Origin: Marsupella aquatica
Lineage: Eukaryota; Plantae; Marchantiophyta
NCBI GenBank assembly: GCA_973895155.1
Contig: OZ316899.1
Coordinates: 5,273,241-5,337,240 of the forward strand
Length of the DNA stretch: 64,000 nucleotides
Direction: 5' to 3'
Part shown: positions 60,451 to 64,000 of the stretch, one piece after another
Layout of the letters: every line of letters starts with the position of its first letter
Numbering within the stretch: the stretch's first letter is position 1
Translations under genes and position numbers: made by a program
Notes under the pieces: generated by a model
What the model saw: only the letters and a program-made list of their open reading frames with translations
What the model was told of the DNA's origin: nothing
Databases searched by the model: none

Positions 60451-62824
60451 CTAATGCCTGGCACGCTTGCCAGAGCCGCTCGAATGGGAGCGGCCATCCC
60501 GCTGCCTTCGAAGCCTGTCATTGTCCGCCTTGAGGAGCTGGACCTGGTCTAGCAGAGATTCGTTCTCTCGCCTTGTCGCGTCCGTCTCCTCTGCTGCCTC
60601 CTGACATGCCTCCTCTAGCTGCTGGGCGTCGCTCGTCAGTTTACCCGCCAGCTGGTCCTGCTTCTCGGCCTCGGTTTGGGGCCATGCCACCTCGGCCTGC
60701 AGCGTGGCTATCTCCGCCGTGTCCCGCTGGGCTCGTTCCTCGGCCTCCTCCAGGTCTTTCTGCCAGGTGACGGTTTGATTCTTCAAACTGTCAATCTGGT
60801 TCCGGAGTCGTGTAATCTCGGCCTCGTTCCCAGCTTTGGCCTGTTTGGCTAGGGCGGTAAGAGCGTGCGCCTTGCTAACAACTCATCGGCGGCTGCAACC
60901 TTGGGTCGTAGTTGCAGAAGCTCAGCCTCTTGAGCCGCAACTTCATTCTTTAGGTACACTGACTCCACCCGGTACCGCTCTATCCTCTGAAGGGCCTCTG
61001 ACTGGGCCCGACCTGCCTTTACTACGGCAACCAACTCCTGATTGAAGAAACAGGCTACCTTCCGGGCCATGAACTCCCTGGTATCCCGGGCAATTTGATG
61101 AGAGAAATCTCCCAGAAGCCCGTTCAGAAATGTACCCGGTACGAAGAGTTCCGGGTGGTCCAGGTTGTGCCTGTCCGGAGTTGGGCACGGGCAGACGTCA
61201 ACACGCGCGGGGGCCGGGGCAGTGACGTCCATCCCTGGGGACGTAACGTTGGAAGGGGCTGGAGTGTCCTCCTGCAGCAATGTCCGGTTCTCCGGAATAG
61301 CCACCGGTGGGTCTTTGGGAGACCCGGGCTCGGGTAAGACCTCCGTCGTACCGACTTCTGTACTTAGCCCGGCTTGTTGGGTCGCATCAACGGTTGCGAC
61401 AACCGACCCATCCGATACCTCCTCGGTTACGACTACAGCTACTTGTGGAGGTGGGGTGGGTGAAGCTGGCGTGTCCGCTGGACTTCGGGCCTCGGGTTGG
61501 GGCCGTCTCTCCAAGGCCGGGAAAACCCACCTAGCTGGGACCAGCTTTGTAACGTTGACACGGGGAAGGGGATGAGGCAGGTCTTCATCACGAACCCGTT
61601 GTCCACTGCTCCCTCTGAGGGAAAACTTGAAGATTGGTACTTGGCTCCCTTGCCCCCGGGAGCCCGTGATTCGACTCGATGGTCACCTTCGGGTAACCCG
61701 AAGATCATCTTGAGCCGAGTATGTTGACGCGCGTCGTCATAATTCCTGACGAACTCCGTCATGTCCTCCCCGTAGTACCTGCAAGTGTTCCAGGGGAGGG
61801 AGGCGAGGTGCTCGAATCCCTGAGTCTTCAGATACACCGCATGCTTGGGATGGAGGACGTTTTTGTGAACGTTTTCCCCCATGCGGTGCATCGTCACCTT
61901 GGCTACGGCTACCGTGGCCAACGGTAACCCGGATGCAGTGGTGGATTCCTTCCTCTTCTTCCCCCGTGACTGGCTCAGGGTAGGTGACACTTCCCCATCC
62001 TCCCGATCGGGCCTGGGTAGTGCCACTGCCGTTAGTAACGGGCCCGGGGTGGCCATGGTCACCATGTTGTCTGCCGGGGCCGCTCCTGGGGTCAGAGCAG
62101 GGGGTGGGGACGATATAGTGTCGGCCCCTTGAGCGCTTGTTCCTCTGGGCCGCCTGGTCAAGGGTGGGGTAGCCTCGTCGTCATCGCTAAGATCCACAAC
62201 GTTGATGACGGAGCGTACTTGTGCTGGCTGGGCGATCGGTGGTGGGGTTTGGCTAGGCTGCGGCTGAGGCTGAAGCTGAAGCTGAGCCTAAGGTTGAGCC
62301 TGAGGTTGAGCCTGAGGTTGCATGGGTACGGGTACGGGTTCGACTGAGTTGGTCATGTTGGTTGATGGCCGAGTTCCCATGAAGCTCTGTAGGTGCTGGT
62401 AGAAGTTCTCCGAAGCGAGTGCAGACGACCTTGTCGAACGGGTAGTGTTGGACTCGCTGTTGATGATAGCCCGAACCTGAGCAGGGATGTGGTCGAAGTG
62501 ATGTCGTTGCAAGTCGATCGTACCCGGGATATTGAAGACCTCGTCCGGAAGCCGAAGCAATGCTTCCCAGAAACCGATATATTTGTCTCCGTTGAAGAAG
62601 TACCCAGATACCTCTGCTGGTCGGTAAAGCTTGCTCTGAGACGGGTAGTCAAAGTTAAGGATGTAGTGGTGTCGTCTTGCTAGGCGGAGGGCTCGCTCGT
62701 ACTCGCGTTCGATTTCGTATCGGCACGGGTTGGCGTGTTTCAATGAGTCGGCCAAGTGCCTTCCGGTAGATAGGAACTGCATCCAGAATCGAATGGCCGA
62801 GCTGGAGAGGATCGTGTGCGACAT
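60451..62824 (-). pseudogene. LTR-embedded gene (~790 codons originally): N-terminal domain, QP repeat, PMD/Transposase_32-like domain, Pro-rich linker, coiled coil, basic end
   Basis: Pieces 62824-62288, 62197-61439 (YLKTQGFEHLASLPW..EFVRNY..MIFGLPEG..DNGF), 61514-60849 and 60786-60451 (..GKRARH). Confidence 0.75.
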
Positions 62825-62925
62825 TCAGAGGAGATAGTAGTGGCGACTTAGAGCGAACAAGAGAGCTGGGGTTGAAGCTGGCGCGTGGACTGATGGACTG
62901 GTGCACTACAAAGGGTTGGCTCCCC

Positions 62926-62932
62926 TTTTATA
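62926..62932 (-). promoter_or_regulatory. Candidate TATA box in the LTR, ~100 bp upstream of the embedded ORF
   Basis: GGTATAAAAGGGG on the minus strand. Confidence 0.5.
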
Positions 62933-63287
62933 CCTTGAGGGCTCGATCCCCCGACGTCTCCTTGACACCCATAGGCTGAACCGCTCACTCTTGTGGTGTA
63001 CCGGCCACTCCGCCAGTCTGAGTCAGCGCGTGTCAGTGGCCGCTTCTTAAGTACGTTATACGGACCCGAGGGAGGGGCCCCTCCACGCTCGTAACCCGGG
63101 TGTGCGAATAGCGACCCGCCGCCAGTCCGAACCTGAATTCCCCCTTATTGCCTAATGATGTCCTACCCATAATGATTACCTAAATACTATCGTTATGCTA
63201 ATAATAGCGGCCTAAGACACTCGTAACGCGCGTGCTAAGCGCAGTTAGACCGAATCACTCATTAACCGCCGTACTGGTGGCGTCACA

Positions 63288-63300
63288 TAGCTCCCTGCTT
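63288..63300 (-). promoter_or_regulatory. Polypurine tract
   Basis: AAGCAGGGAGCTA immediately before TGTGACG, ~80 bp after the integrase stop. Confidence 0.7.
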
Positions 63301-63380
63301 AATTGTGAAGCGTCCTCGCGAACATCACTCTCGGCGTCGTCATCTTGATGGTGGTACTTTTTTACACGATCGTAGCTGAT

Positions 63381-64000
63381 TCACGTGGGGAGTAAATCAC
63401 CGACATACGTTGCAAGCTCCAAAGATCCGTTACGGTAGATCTGATTGACAAGGAAGGGCCCTAACCACCGGGTATGAAGCTTCCCTGGAAACTGCATGTA
63501 CCTACTATCGTACAGAAGGACTAGATCGCCTGCCACGACGTCGACCCTCCGTAGTCCTTTGTCGTGCTGCTTCTTCGAAGTTGCCTGTTTCTTCACGGCG
63601 TGTCGAGCTGCTAGTAGCCGTGCTTCTTCCAAGGCTTCAATCTGATAAGCTCGGTCTGATGAACTTTCAGATTCAGGTAAGCGATCCCGAATGCTGACCC
63701 GTGGAGTGTGTACTTCAAACTCGACGGGCACCAACAAATGTTGGCCAAACACAAGAAAGTACGGGCTATGACTCGTAGTAGTTTTGTAAGCTAGATTATA
63801 CGAGTACACCGCTGCGTACAACTTATCATCCCAATCCGTTTTGTGCGCAGCTACAATTTTGTTGAGGATCTTCCCAATGATACCATTTGCTCTCTCCACC
63901 ATCCCGTTGGCTTTAGGATGATACGGGGTAGTCTTGCGGTGCTTGACTAGGTAACGCTCCGTAAGCTGGGCTACGGTATCATTGAGGAAGTGGGTTCCAC
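63381..64000 (-). CDS. Gypsy integrase, C-terminal part (non-chromovirus type)
   Basis: GTHFLN..TTPYHPKANGMVERAN..W..YN..GDLVLLYDSR..PGKLHTRWLGPF. Runs off the window. Confidence 0.95.
   Translation of the reverse strand, partial: GTHFLNDTVAQLTERYLVKHRKTTPYHPKANGMVERANGIIGKILNKIVAAHKTDWDDKLYAAVYSYNLAYKTTTSHSPYFLVFGQHLLVPVEFEVHTPRVSIRDRLPESESSSDRAYQIEALEEARLLAARHAVKKQATSKKQHDKGLRRVDVVAGDLVLLYDSRYMQFPGKLHTRWLGPFLVNQIYRNGSLELATYVGDLLPT

Larger units (their letters stand above)
59554..63287 (-). mobile_element. 3' LTR (3734 bp) of a gypsy element, containing a gene
   Basis: Minus strand order: integrase stop (63381), PPT, TGTGACG (63287) ... CGTGACA (59554), where CACTA intron sequence resumes. 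Confidence 0.82.

Overview
This window is plant nuclear DNA (GT-AG introns; Sola, CACTA, Ty1/copia, Ty3/gypsy and L1 elements). A non-seed plant such as a liverwort or moss is plausible, but that is inference only. It is almost entirely a nest of decaying transposons, and many stops look like CGA>TGA or CAG>TAG changes. From left to right: a Sola2-like DNA transposon carrying an RPA1-C-like OB-fold gene and a spliced RING-finger gene (1-~10.2 kb); a copia fragment; a gypsy element whose gag is split by a solo LTR; two head-to-head gene-bearing gypsy LTRs; a Bianca-like copia; a full-length L1 with target-site duplication (TSD); two spliced exons of a SUV39-type SET gene; a second L1 holding a MITE and an AGT...ACT-ended solo LTR; a 4078-bp solo LTR with an intact 618-aa gene; a CACTA element; and the 3' end of another gypsy element. 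Two features stand out. (1) Gypsy LTRs of 3.7-4 kb carry a whole sense-strand protein gene inside the LTR, with boundaries fixed by PBS, PPT and TSD. (2) The CACTA transposase locus contains a SET-domain exon that could be spliced alternatively to the transposase N-terminal zinc-ribbon exon. All protein family calls come from motif recognition by eye; no database searches were run.
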